Made by a program: the position numbers and the translations under genes
Part shown: piece by piece, positions 9,584 to 19,332 of the stretch
Layout: each line of letters begins with the position of its first letter
Numbering within the stretch: the stretch's first letter is position 1
Notes under the pieces: model-generated
The model's input: only the letters and a program-made list of their open reading frames with translations
Databases searched by the model: none
Told to the model about the DNA's origin: nothing
Source of the DNA: Bacteroidales bacterium
Lineage (GTDB): Bacteria; Bacteroidota; Bacteroidia; Bacteroidales; CAIWKO01
DNA length: 51,754 nucleotides
Direction of reading: 5' to 3'
NCBI GenBank assembly: GCA_035389045.1
Contig: DAOORA010000027.1
Coordinates: 1 to 51,754 of the forward strand

Positions 9584-11128
9584 ATGAAAGATACCATTCT
9601 CTTTTTTTACCCGGATGCAAAGGCTGGAAATATTATTCCTCCTTATGCTTTTTTATATTTAGAAAGAACCATAAGGGATATAAATTTAAAGATTATCATC
9701 CTTGATGAGCATTTCGATGTCCATTGGAAAGAGACAATTCAGGATGAATTATCCCGAACATTAATTGCCTGTACAACAGTGATGATGGGTGAACAAATTA
9801 CCGGAGCCAGAGAATTTTCGATGTATATCAAACAGAAGAGTGCAGTGCCGGTTATATGGGGTGGCTGGTTCCCCACATGGCAACCGGAAGTTTGCCTGAA
9901 TGAAAGCTATGTTGATTTTATAACTATGGGTCAGGGTGAAGCTGCTTTTGCAGAACTGATCCATATGCTAATTAATGCTCCGATCAGCACCGAACCTCAT
10001 TTATTGAAAGGGATCGGCGGATTGGGATATAAGGTACAATCTGAGATTTGTATAAATCGACATTATAATTTCAAAGATTTTGATAATTATCCGTCTTTGA
10101 ATTTTGATCTTATTGAAATTCCGAAGTACATTGATCATACAAAAGATGGCGGAAAAGTATTTCGCTATTTAAGCAGTGCCGGATGCCCTTATCATTGCAG
10201 TTTTTGTTTTATCCCCCTGGGCTGGAAAGGCAAATGGTTCCCGAAATCTGTTGACACGGTGATCAATGAGGTGAAACAAATAATTTCAAACGCTCCGCAA
10301 ATAAACTACTTAAGTTTTGAAGATTTAAACTTTTTTGTTGATCATAAAAGGGTGATTGATATTTGCAATGGCTTTATTGACAATAATATCAATATATCAT
10401 GGTGTGCCACAACGCATGTTAAAACTTTTTTACAACAATATGATGATAATGATATAGAATTATTGAAAAAGGCAGGTCTTGATTGCATAATAGTTGGTGC
10501 TGAATCGGGAGATCAATCACTTTTAAATCAAGTCAACAAACAATTACAAATAAGTGAAATATTTGATTTTATTCGTATTCTTGATGATCATGAAATAAAA
10601 ACCAGTTGGAGCTTTATGGTATTATTTCCCACAGAACCAGGCAAAGATCTTAATAAAACATTAAAACTAATAATGCAAATGTTTTTAAAAACCCGTAAGT
10701 CTACCTTGCTTTATGTGGCATCAGTATATTGGCCGGCAACAAAAAGTAGTTTTTATCAAATTGCACTGCAAAAAGGGTTTGAACAACCAAAAGATTTAAT
10801 AAGCTATATAAAAATTGCAAATGAAGGTGCAGTATTTCCGTGGCATAAGGCATCTCATTTACGTAAATTAAAATATTTTGGAATGTTTTATTTTCGTTTT
10901 TACAAATATAATAATCCCGGAAAACCTGATGGTAAAGAATGGTTTCTTGAAAAAATTTTTTCGTTAGTATTCAGGCCATTTATTTTGTTGCGTTTCAGAT
11001 TGAAATACGTTGGTTTTCCTTTTGCAGGATGGTTGTATTGTTTGATATTCAAGAATAAAATTGACAGGGAGGGATATTTTACTCCAAAGGCAAACAGGTC
11101 GGTAACATATCAAATACAAAACTATTGA
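9584..11128 (+). CDS. B12-binding radical SAM protein (paralog group A)
   Basis: PPYAFLYLERTIRD, WGGWFPT, CPYHCSFC, GAESGD. ATG 9584 (MKDTIL) preferred over 9539. Confidence 0.9.
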   Translation: MKDTILFFYPDAKAGNIIPPYAFLYLERTIRDINLKIIILDEHFDVHWKETIQDELSRTLIACTTVMMGEQITGAREFSMYIKQKSAVPVIWGGWFPTWQPEVCLNESYVDFITMGQGEAAFAELIHMLINAPISTEPHLLKGIGGLGYKVQSEICINRHYNFKDFDNYPSLNFDLIEIPKYIDHTKDGGKVFRYLSSAGCPYHCSFCFIPLGWKGKWFPKSVDTVINEVKQIISNAPQINYLSFEDLNFFVDHKRVIDICNGFIDNNINISWCATTHVKTFLQQYDDNDIELLKKAGLDCIIVGAESGDQSLLNQVNKQLQISEIFDFIRILDDHEIKTSWSFMVLFPTEPGKDLNKTLKLIMQMFLKTRKSTLLYVASVYWPATKSSFYQIALQKGFEQPKDLISYIKIANEGAVFPWHKASHLRKLKYFGMFYFRFYKYNNPGKPDGKEWFLEKIFSLVFRPFILLRFRLKYVGFPFAGWLYCLIFKNKIDREGYFTPKANRSVTYQIQNY

Positions 11129-11213
11129 TATGAGACTTTAATCAATGTGTTATGATAAAAATCAATCTAATTTATGAACTATATCATTGAGTTGACAAGT
11201 TGTCTGTTTATTA

Positions 11214-11382
11214 GAAATTGTTTTGATCCGCCGGGGCGGATACCTTTTCATATCTTTATGGGTCTTTTTTGCTGCAAATCGTTAGATTTTTCGACATAGC
11301 ATAAACTTTGTCTGCAAAATCTGCCTCGTTTCGCTAAAAAATCCATCATAAATCTTATGTAACATAAAATCAATACAGTTTC
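11214..11382. mobile_element. MITE-like element with a second copy at the window end
   Basis: Imperfect TIRs GAAATTGTTTTGAT / ATCAATACAGTTTC, TTA on both flanks. 11333-11383 is 50/51 identical to the reverse complement of 51704-51754. Confidence 0.7.
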
Positions 11383-11488
11383 TTAATTCTCATCAATGTT
11401 TCCTGATATTAAATTATAAGTGTCAATATAATACCCGATATCTAATACTTACATCAAATAACAGACTTTTTATACTTATAAACGAAAA

Positions 11489-13249
11489 ATGAATAAAATA
11501 TTTGTTCTTGTCATAAAAAACAGAAAAAACTGTCCGGAAATCTTTAATAAAAATCCGGAGGAATTATCTTTATTCGAAAATGTAAACGCTCATACCTATA
11601 ACATTGATGATGTAATTCTTATCACTGCTTCTTCACAGAAAAATGAAATAATTCAAGAAACAAATAATAGATTTTTTGCTTGTTCAGGTTTTTTTTACCC
11701 GGATTTCAATCCAAAAACAACACCGGATCAATCAGAGGCAGAAAAATTAAAATTCCTGGCTGATGAATATGAAAAAAAAGAATATAAGGCAATTATTGGG
11801 ATGCATGGGAAATTTAACCTGTTTGTTTATAATAAGAATGATAATAAATTAATAGTATTAAATGACCGGTTAGGGTTATATCCTTTATTTTTTTATCAGA
11901 ACGAAGATTATGTATTGCTATGCAATGACTATGAACCCATACTCAATTTCGATAATAGTATAAAAAAACAAATAGACACAACCTCTGTTCTTGAATATTT
12001 TTTGTTTGGTGCACCTCAAAACAATAAAACTTTTTTTAAGAGCATAAAATTAATGCCGCCCGGGTCAATTATGACCGTTAGTTCAAAAGGGATTAAGATA
12101 CAAAAAAACTTCCCGGTACTCAAAATACAAAAAAATCAAAAACTCATATCAGAAATTGCAGACGACTATTTTTCGGTTTTTAAAAAAGAGCTTGATTTAC
12201 TGTTAAAATGGTATCCGGAAATGGATGTTACTTTAACCGGAGGTGCTGATACCCGGATGATTTTAGGCGCAATGAGTGAAGAAGAAAGAATGAAAAGAAC
12301 TTTTGTGACCTTTTCCAGTTCCTATGTACCTGATGATTTAAATCAAGATATACAAATTGCAAAACTACTGGCACAAAACTATCATCTAAACCATATAATA
12401 ATTCCTAATGAATTATATGCCATCAGCACGCTTGATAATGATTATTTCAGGAAATTAAGGATTAATTCCCGCTTTTTTATTTCAGGATATTTAGGGTCGG
12501 AAACACTGAGATTTTATTCTCCTTATCCAAATAATATTTCGGAAATTACCAGGGCATTAATTACTTCCGATGAAAACATCTATGACTATTTTTCTGATTT
12601 TTTGATTTTTTTAGAAAAGAATTTAAACTACAAACAAAAATTAAACAAGGGCTTATCCTTTCTTGCTCCATATTTTAATCCAGACATATTCGTGTCTTTC
12701 AGTTCAAAGAACAGCATTAATGAAATACTGAAGTCTGTAGATTTTGTCAAGTCTGCATTTATGGAAATTCCTTATACAAATCAATACATCACCCGTAGTT
12801 TTTTTTCCCGTCATTGTGGTGGTGCCCGAAGCAGTGTTTTAATGCCATGCTACACAACAAGATACATGTTTAGTCCTTATATGTCAGAAAATCTACTGAA
12901 GATCATCTGGAGTACACCTCCTCTCCTGCTGAGCAGCGAACCCGAATGTCTGACTTATTTGATTTTTAAAAAATATTTGCCGGAGTTAAGTAATATTCCC
13001 AGTAATTCCCATTTAGGAGATTATAATAATACAATTTTACCTAATTATAATTTGGGAAAACATGTTGTTTACCATACAAACCCTCAATACCCTGATCCAG
13101 AGAAAATATTTACAGAAAACATACAAAAAAGTTATTCTTATTTATTTAATTTTGAAAAAATAAGCTCAGATTTCTTTGAACAAAACAGTAACAAAAGATA
13201 TGTATGGGCAGATTTGTTTTTATGGTTAAAATATATAAATGAATTATAA
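11489..13249 (+). CDS. Asparagine-synthetase-like protein lacking the N-terminal glutaminase Cys
   Basis: Ntn-like domain motifs (GKFNLFVY, NDRLGLYPLFF, IKLMPPG) and PP-loop variant LTGGADTR; begins MNKIF, not MCGI. Confidence 0.75.
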   Translation: MNKIFVLVIKNRKNCPEIFNKNPEELSLFENVNAHTYNIDDVILITASSQKNEIIQETNNRFFACSGFFYPDFNPKTTPDQSEAEKLKFLADEYEKKEYKAIIGMHGKFNLFVYNKNDNKLIVLNDRLGLYPLFFYQNEDYVLLCNDYEPILNFDNSIKKQIDTTSVLEYFLFGAPQNNKTFFKSIKLMPPGSIMTVSSKGIKIQKNFPVLKIQKNQKLISEIADDYFSVFKKELDLLLKWYPEMDVTLTGGADTRMILGAMSEEERMKRTFVTFSSSYVPDDLNQDIQIAKLLAQNYHLNHIIIPNELYAISTLDNDYFRKLRINSRFFISGYLGSETLRFYSPYPNNISEITRALITSDENIYDYFSDFLIFLEKNLNYKQKLNKGLSFLAPYFNPDIFVSFSSKNSINEILKSVDFVKSAFMEIPYTNQYITRSFFSRHCGGARSSVLMPCYTTRYMFSPYMSENLLKIIWSTPPLLLSSEPECLTYLIFKKYLPELSNIPSNSHLGDYNNTILPNYNLGKHVVYHTNPQYPDPEKIFTENIQKSYSYLFNFEKISSDFFEQNSNKRYVWADLFLWLKYINEL

Positions 13250-14783
13250 AACTGCACATCAGAATAAAATTGTTCTTGTCTATCCTTTAGCCACTAATTA
13301 TTTTCAGGGCCTACCCTACTCTTTGCTTTTTTTAGAAAGAACGCTTCGGGATGAAAGTCTTGACGTCGTTATTTTTGACCAAAAAACAATAGAAGAAGAT
13401 GAAATTATAAAGTATGTAACCGAAAACCAGGAAACTATTTTATTAGTGGGGTTTAGTGTAATGTTGAGTGTTCAGCTGATCTATGCGCATAAAATTGCTG
13501 AATACATTAAAAAAAATTATAATATTCCAACAGTGTTTGGCGGTTGGTTCCCCACCTCATACCCTGAAATATGTATTGATGAAAGTTTTGTTGATTTTAT
13601 AATTCTTGGTCCGGGAGAGAAACCATTTTCAGAACTTGTAAAAAAAATACAGCAACATGAAAATGATTTTGAGAAAATAAATGCATTGGGCTATAAAAAA
13701 AATGACAACATTCATATAAATAAAAATATACACTGGGGAAATAATTTTGCATACCCCCAATTGGATTTTTCAAAAATCAATATTCAGAATTATATAGAAC
13801 GAAATGGGAAAACCCTTCAATACATAGCCACCAGAGGTTGTAATTGCAAATGTAATTTTTGCTCCTTATCATCAGCCAAAGGATTTTACCATGAAACGAA
13901 TTCCGTTGAACATGTAATTTCTGACCTTACGTACTTTAAGAAACTTGCGCCACAGATCGATCAAATAAAATTCAATGATGATAATTTCTTCACAAATAAA
14001 GATTTTGTGCTTAGATTGAGTGAAGAACTGATTAAAAACGAACTTAATATAACCTGGCTTGCCAGTGCACATATCAAACAGTTTCTTTTATTGTACAGTG
14101 AAGAGGAATTAAGAATTATTAAGCAATCAGGATGCGTTTTAATATATTTCGGGGCGGAATCGGGAGATAATAATGTGTTACAAAACATCAACAAAAACTA
14201 TAAAGTCACTGATATCATCAAAGTAACATCGCTTTTGAAAAAACATAATATTCAAACATCTTATAGTTTTATGATCGGATTCCCACCCGATCCTGATAAA
14301 GACACAAAAAAAACCCTTCTTTTGTTCATGAAGTTGTATAGAATCAATCATAATTTACACACGACCATAAATATATACATGCCTCTGAACAATAATATTT
14401 ATATGGATGAGGCTATAAAACTCGGATTTAAAATACCCGAATCCTATTCAGAATTTGAAAATTTTGTGAAAAACGGAGCCAATTTGCCCTGGATAAAAGA
14501 CGACATTATTAATATATTAAACTATTTTGGAAACTTTTATTTTCCGGTTTTTAAAAGAGAATACCCTGTGAACATTAATGATAAAATGAAAAAAACATGG
14601 CGGATTTTTTTTATTATTTTTTACCCCTTTGTTAAAATCAGATTTTTGCTAAATATCATGCAATTTCCCTTTGATGCGGTTATAGGATTAAAAATACTCA
14701 GCTCTATTGAAAAAAAGAAAAACATTACATCTGAAAGGGATTTAAACAATTTTATGATTGGTATAAAAAGAAATGAAAAATAA
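13239..14783 (+). CDS. B12-binding radical SAM protein (paralog group A, more divergent)
   Basis: LPYSLLFLERTLRD, FGGWFPT, ATRGCNCKCNFC, GAESGD. Confidence 0.9.
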   Translation: MNYKTAHQNKIVLVYPLATNYFQGLPYSLLFLERTLRDESLDVVIFDQKTIEEDEIIKYVTENQETILLVGFSVMLSVQLIYAHKIAEYIKKNYNIPTVFGGWFPTSYPEICIDESFVDFIILGPGEKPFSELVKKIQQHENDFEKINALGYKKNDNIHINKNIHWGNNFAYPQLDFSKINIQNYIERNGKTLQYIATRGCNCKCNFCSLSSAKGFYHETNSVEHVISDLTYFKKLAPQIDQIKFNDDNFFTNKDFVLRLSEELIKNELNITWLASAHIKQFLLLYSEEELRIIKQSGCVLIYFGAESGDNNVLQNINKNYKVTDIIKVTSLLKKHNIQTSYSFMIGFPPDPDKDTKKTLLLFMKLYRINHNLHTTINIYMPLNNNIYMDEAIKLGFKIPESYSEFENFVKNGANLPWIKDDIINILNYFGNFYFPVFKREYPVNINDKMKKTWRIFFIIFYPFVKIRFLLNIMQFPFDAVIGLKILSSIEKKKNITSERDLNNFMIGIKRNEK

Positions 14784-16965
14784 AAAATACCGAAAATCAT
14801 TATTTATAGTTCTTTCATCAATTGTTATTGTTGTTTTTTTTGCTTTTTCTTTGAATAGCTACCTGAAAAAAACCATCTATTCAGGACCGGTCAGCTTAGA
14901 ACTATGCGGATTGACAACAGATAAGTACACGATCGAGGCAACTACGCCCCGTGGAAACCATCTTTTTTTTCAACACACCCAAATAACATATTTTGACAGC
15001 AGTTACCGGGCCACAGCCAGTTTAACAATCAAACTTTCTGACAGTATTCATTGTAATGAATCAGGAATACTAATTTACTTAAATGGCAGTAACCTGATAA
15101 AAAAATGTCCTTCCAAAAATGGTTTTATCATCCTTGATAAAGCAGATTTTAATAATCAGAGCTACTGGAAAAAGTTGTATGGCGCTGCTGTTTTTATATT
15201 TCATAAGATCCGCATTTTATTAGCAATCCTAGTTATTATAATTATGATTTTCACTGTTTTCTTTTTTCGAAAGAAATTAAATCAAATAGTTCATACTGTT
15301 TCAAATTTAGTGAAAAAAAACCCTCTTCTGTTTATACTTAACTGGACCATATTTTGTGTTATAATTGTATTGTTAATCAAACCGCCTGATTTCAGAAACC
15401 TTGTTGTTTCCAAACACAATCCCGACCAGATTGATTATCAGAATATGGCTGTTAATTTTTCACTTGGATACGGGATCAATATCAGTGGGAGAATTGCAGA
15501 AATTACGGACTACAAAACATTTTGCTCAGATAAACAAGCGGAGACACAGAATGAGATAAAAGGAAGGCGTTACGATAGATTTCCCGCGTACTCAGTTCTA
15601 GTTGGATGTCTTTACTTCATGGTGGGAAACAACCCCGTTATGATAAAATTTCTACAACTAATTCTTTTGACTTCTGTTGTCATTCTGCTTATTCTATTAA
15701 GCCGGCAAAACTGGGGAAATACTGGATTTTACGGAAGTTTATCCGGGGCGCCTTTTCTTCTGTTTTATTTAAGCGATTATGCAGAAATGATATCGCCGGA
15801 TATAATTACTGTGTGCATAAATATCATCATCATATATTTTTACTTGCGGTTCAGAAAACATATGACTTTAAAATACGCTGTATTATTAGGGGTCGCATCG
15901 GGCATAAGCATGTTGTTCAAAGCCAGCTTGATGTTCTTTTTTGTTTTCATGTTTGCAGATACAGGTATGTTGCTTTTTCGGCGCACCAAAACAAAAAGAT
16001 GGAAATTGTTCATGGGTCTTTATCTATCATTTTTTTCAGTATGGCTGCCATATAATATTTTCAGTATTTATAAATCATATAACAAAAAGCAATCTGCAAA
16101 AGAAATTATCAGCAAGGTCACCAGCAGCAATTGTCATGTAAATGAGATCAACTCTCTAGTATCAGAAATGGAAACATATGATTCAAAATGGGCCATCAAA
16201 GATGCTGATATTACCAGGTTTAACGATGAGGTATTGCCTTTTTTAAAGAAAAATAAATTTGTAAAACTGACTGGTTCCGGTTATAGCAAGGGGCTCGAAA
16301 AACTCATATTAATACTTCATTACTCTGAGTATTCACATATATACTTAATGGTACAATTATTCGGCACTACCGGCCTATTAGATATTAACAATGAGTTTGC
16401 TTCGGATGGTTATTTATCTGACGAGTGGGCCTTTAACCCTTCGAGCCATTACAGCAATGACGGGCTTTCAGGAAAACCAGACCTTTTAAGGGTGCTTAAT
16501 TTTTATTACCATTATCCGTCAAAGATTTTAAGTATAACTTCTGCAAAACTTAATTCCTATTTTTCAAAAAACTTTATATTACCCGTCTTCATTTTATTAG
16601 CTATCAGCGCTTTATTACTTAACTTGTTGTTACAAATAAAGCAAAAAGGCTATGTGTGGAAAAATGTCTTTGTTTTGTTTTTTTTGATAACCACCGGACT
16701 TTTATTTATTATTGATAATAAATATTTACCTCTTTTGTTCATAATGGCATTATTTGCATTAACGGTAACCATTAAATATCGCGTTTATTTTCCTGCTCCG
16801 CTTATCTTTTTATATATATCAATGGTATTATTTCCTGTTATAACATTTGGCAATCCGAGATACCTTATTTACTACGATTCCTTTATTTTTGTACTTTGTG
16901 GAATTTTATTGATTGATTTAATATATTCTGTAAAAACCCTTGTAAAAGTCAAAACTAATTCATGA
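14773..16965 (+). CDS. Polytopic membrane protein, probable GT-C (ArnT/PMT-like) glycosyltransferase
   Basis: >12 hydrophobic segments; PDQIDY acidic loop after a TM, RFPAY, SPD, LFK, GNPRY motifs reminiscent of GT-C enzymes. Confidence 0.6.
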   Translation: MKNKKYRKSLFIVLSSIVIVVFFAFSLNSYLKKTIYSGPVSLELCGLTTDKYTIEATTPRGNHLFFQHTQITYFDSSYRATASLTIKLSDSIHCNESGILIYLNGSNLIKKCPSKNGFIILDKADFNNQSYWKKLYGAAVFIFHKIRILLAILVIIIMIFTVFFFRKKLNQIVHTVSNLVKKNPLLFILNWTIFCVIIVLLIKPPDFRNLVVSKHNPDQIDYQNMAVNFSLGYGINISGRIAEITDYKTFCSDKQAETQNEIKGRRYDRFPAYSVLVGCLYFMVGNNPVMIKFLQLILLTSVVILLILLSRQNWGNTGFYGSLSGAPFLLFYLSDYAEMISPDIITVCINIIIIYFYLRFRKHMTLKYAVLLGVASGISMLFKASLMFFFVFMFADTGMLLFRRTKTKRWKLFMGLYLSFFSVWLPYNIFSIYKSYNKKQSAKEIISKVTSSNCHVNEINSLVSEMETYDSKWAIKDADITRFNDEVLPFLKKNKFVKLTGSGYSKGLEKLILILHYSEYSHIYLMVQLFGTTGLLDINNEFASDGYLSDEWAFNPSSHYSNDGLSGKPDLLRVLNFYYHYPSKILSITSAKLNSYFSKNFILPVFILLAISALLLNLLLQIKQKGYVWKNVFVLFFLITTGLLFIIDNKYLPLLFIMALFALTVTIKYRVYFPAPLIFLYISMVLFPVITFGNPRYLIYYDSFIFVLCGILLIDLIYSVKTLVKVKTNS

Positions 16966-17810
16966 GCCTGATTAAAGCTTTAAGAATTCCTGAGGTTGCT
17001 CTGATGAGTGGCTTTTTTATTATTGGTAGTTTTTTTGGCATTGATGAGTGGAATTATAACATCCTGATAAAACTGGTTATGATCTGTTTCATCTCTTTTT
17101 TTACCATACTTTCAGTATATACCTATAATGCAGCAGCCGGCAAACAAGCAGATGTTTTTAATAAAAGGCTGTCGGCTCTTGGTAAATTCAGTTCATTAAC
17201 CTATAAAATATCAGGTATTATTTTTTTGTTATTTTCAATTGCATTATCCGCATTGATCCACATAATTTTCCCCTTACTGACTTTAATTGTATACTTAATC
17301 TGGCTGGTTTATGCTCATCCGAAATGGGGGCTTAAACACAAAGCTTATTGGGGAACCGTGCTGCATTTCTTTGCGCAGATCCTGCATTTCAATATGTGCT
17401 ATTTTGCATTCAAAGATGTTAGTATTTATTCAATCTCGCTTTCGGTTTTTTTTGCTATTGCATTTTCAGCCGGGCATTTAAATCATGAGATAATAGATTA
17501 TGAAGCGGATAAGCATGCCCAAATCAAAACAACGGCTGTTAAGCATGGGATACATAAAGTTTTATTTACAATAATAGTTTTATGTGCTGTCAATATTTTT
17601 TATTGTTTTGTTTTGAAAAGGATGGGTATCATTGACAATACAATGAGCTGGCTGATGATTATACCTTCATTTTTACACTTATCTCTTTATATTATATATG
17701 CGAAAAACATTCTGAAGAAATCAAAATTAATCAGAAGCTTTTATAGAACGTTTTATTTAATCAGCATACTTTTAATAATTATTGACAAATATTTTAATAT
17801 ATTGACATGA
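16962..17810 (+). CDS. UbiA-superfamily prenyltransferase
   Basis: 282 aa, ~8 TM; second Asp-rich motif NHEIIDYEADKHAQIKTTAV; VYAHP..GLK loop; first motif degenerate (YNAAAGKQADVFNKR). Confidence 0.75.
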   Translation: MSLIKALRIPEVALMSGFFIIGSFFGIDEWNYNILIKLVMICFISFFTILSVYTYNAAAGKQADVFNKRLSALGKFSSLTYKISGIIFLLFSIALSALIHIIFPLLTLIVYLIWLVYAHPKWGLKHKAYWGTVLHFFAQILHFNMCYFAFKDVSIYSISLSVFFAIAFSAGHLNHEIIDYEADKHAQIKTTAVKHGIHKVLFTIIVLCAVNIFYCFVLKRMGIIDNTMSWLMIIPSFLHLSLYIIYAKNILKKSKLIRSFYRTFYLISILLIIIDKYFNILT

Positions 17811-19327
17811 TATTTATAAATTGCGTGGAAAAAAGATCTGTGGGTTTTTTCAGGCCGTTCTTTCCCGCATCACTTCCTTATGGGATTGCATATTTAATGG
17901 CTATGCTCAGAAAAGAAAACCTTCCTTTTGATTTTTTTGACGAACAGGTACACCTGCTTACCGAACAGCAAATAAATAAAATATCAGGTAACTATGATAA
18001 ACCATTGGCGTTTTGTATCAGTTTTCTGACAGAGGCAACACACAGAGCGCTCAGCATCACGAACTGGATAAAAAATCATTACCCGGACTCCGTAACAATA
18101 CTGGGAGGAATTCATGTTACGGCTCTTCCTGAAGAAATTCTTGCCAATACATCGGTTGACTATGTTTTTACCGGCGAAGCTGAAAACGCAATTATTGATA
18201 TATATAATAAAATTCTTAATAAAAAAAGCCTTGCAGATATTAAAGGCATAGGTTACAGGAAAAATGAAAAAAACATTATCAATGAAAGGTGTCCGGTCAT
18301 TAATGATCTTGATGATATCCCCATTATCCCTTACGAAATATTTGCACCTTACAAAAAATACGATTTAGGATATATTACTTCTTCAAGAGGGTGCCCATAT
18401 AATTGCATATTTTGTAACAACAATTTAACGGGTTCAAGAAAATGCAGGTATAATTCAACAAACAAAACAATAGAAGAACTGGATTTATTAATAAATAAAT
18501 ACAATCAGACAGATATTACTTTTTTTGATGATAATTTTTTATCAGAGCACCAACGGGTTTACGAATTGTGTGAACATATAGAAAAAAAAGAATTAAATAA
18601 AAAGGCACAGTTCATGTTTCAAACCAGGGCTAAGGATGTCGATCCGGAAATAATGAAACGTTTATTCACTGTTGGTTTCAAAACGGTTTTTTTTGGAATA
18701 GAAACGGTGTCTGAACACTTATTGAGAACGATTGGTAAAAATGAAAACCCGGGGCAAATTGCTTCAGCAGTGGCTTTAGCAAAAAAAACAGGCTATAAGG
18801 TCATCGCTAATTATTTATATTGTCTGCCGGGTGAAACCACTGAAGACAGAAAGGAATGCCTTCGTTTTTCTATTCAGAACAATATTGATGTTGTTAAATT
18901 CAACAATGTAGTACCCTATCCGGGCACCAGATTATTTAATACGTATAATACGACACCATTTATCAGAACCATGCGGGATTATAGAAATTATAATTCTCAA
19001 CTGATTCTTATTACGCCCTTTTGGAGAAAAATAATTTTTCCTTTTATACCCGCAAAAAACACGAAACAAATGATCATTCATGACACATGGTCGTCATATT
19101 TGAAATTCTATTTCAGGGCAAAAATTTTAAAATCAATAGTCAGGGATAAAAAATGGGGCGGAATACTATTCAGGATGGGCAATGATACGAAAGAAGTGAT
19201 ATATAACATACCGGGTGCTATTCTTTTATTTTTTGATTTAGTAATAAAAATCTTTGGGGTCTTATTGAAATGCTTTACACGTGGGTTTTACAAAAAACAA
19301 ATTGAAACCAATAAACAGGTTTATTAA
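17807..19327 (+). CDS. B12-binding radical SAM protein (paralog group B1)
   Basis: LGGIHVT, GEAE, SSRGCPYNCIFC, FDDNF, FGIET, PYPGT. Confidence 0.92.
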   Translation: MIFINCVEKRSVGFFRPFFPASLPYGIAYLMAMLRKENLPFDFFDEQVHLLTEQQINKISGNYDKPLAFCISFLTEATHRALSITNWIKNHYPDSVTILGGIHVTALPEEILANTSVDYVFTGEAENAIIDIYNKILNKKSLADIKGIGYRKNEKNIINERCPVINDLDDIPIIPYEIFAPYKKYDLGYITSSRGCPYNCIFCNNNLTGSRKCRYNSTNKTIEELDLLINKYNQTDITFFDDNFLSEHQRVYELCEHIEKKELNKKAQFMFQTRAKDVDPEIMKRLFTVGFKTVFFGIETVSEHLLRTIGKNENPGQIASAVALAKKTGYKVIANYLYCLPGETTEDRKECLRFSIQNNIDVVKFNNVVPYPGTRLFNTYNTTPFIRTMRDYRNYNSQLILITPFWRKIIFPFIPAKNTKQMIIHDTWSSYLKFYFRAKILKSIVRDKKWGGILFRMGNDTKEVIYNIPGAILLFFDLVIKIFGVLLKCFTRGFYKKQIETNKQVY

Positions 19328-19332
19328 AAAAG

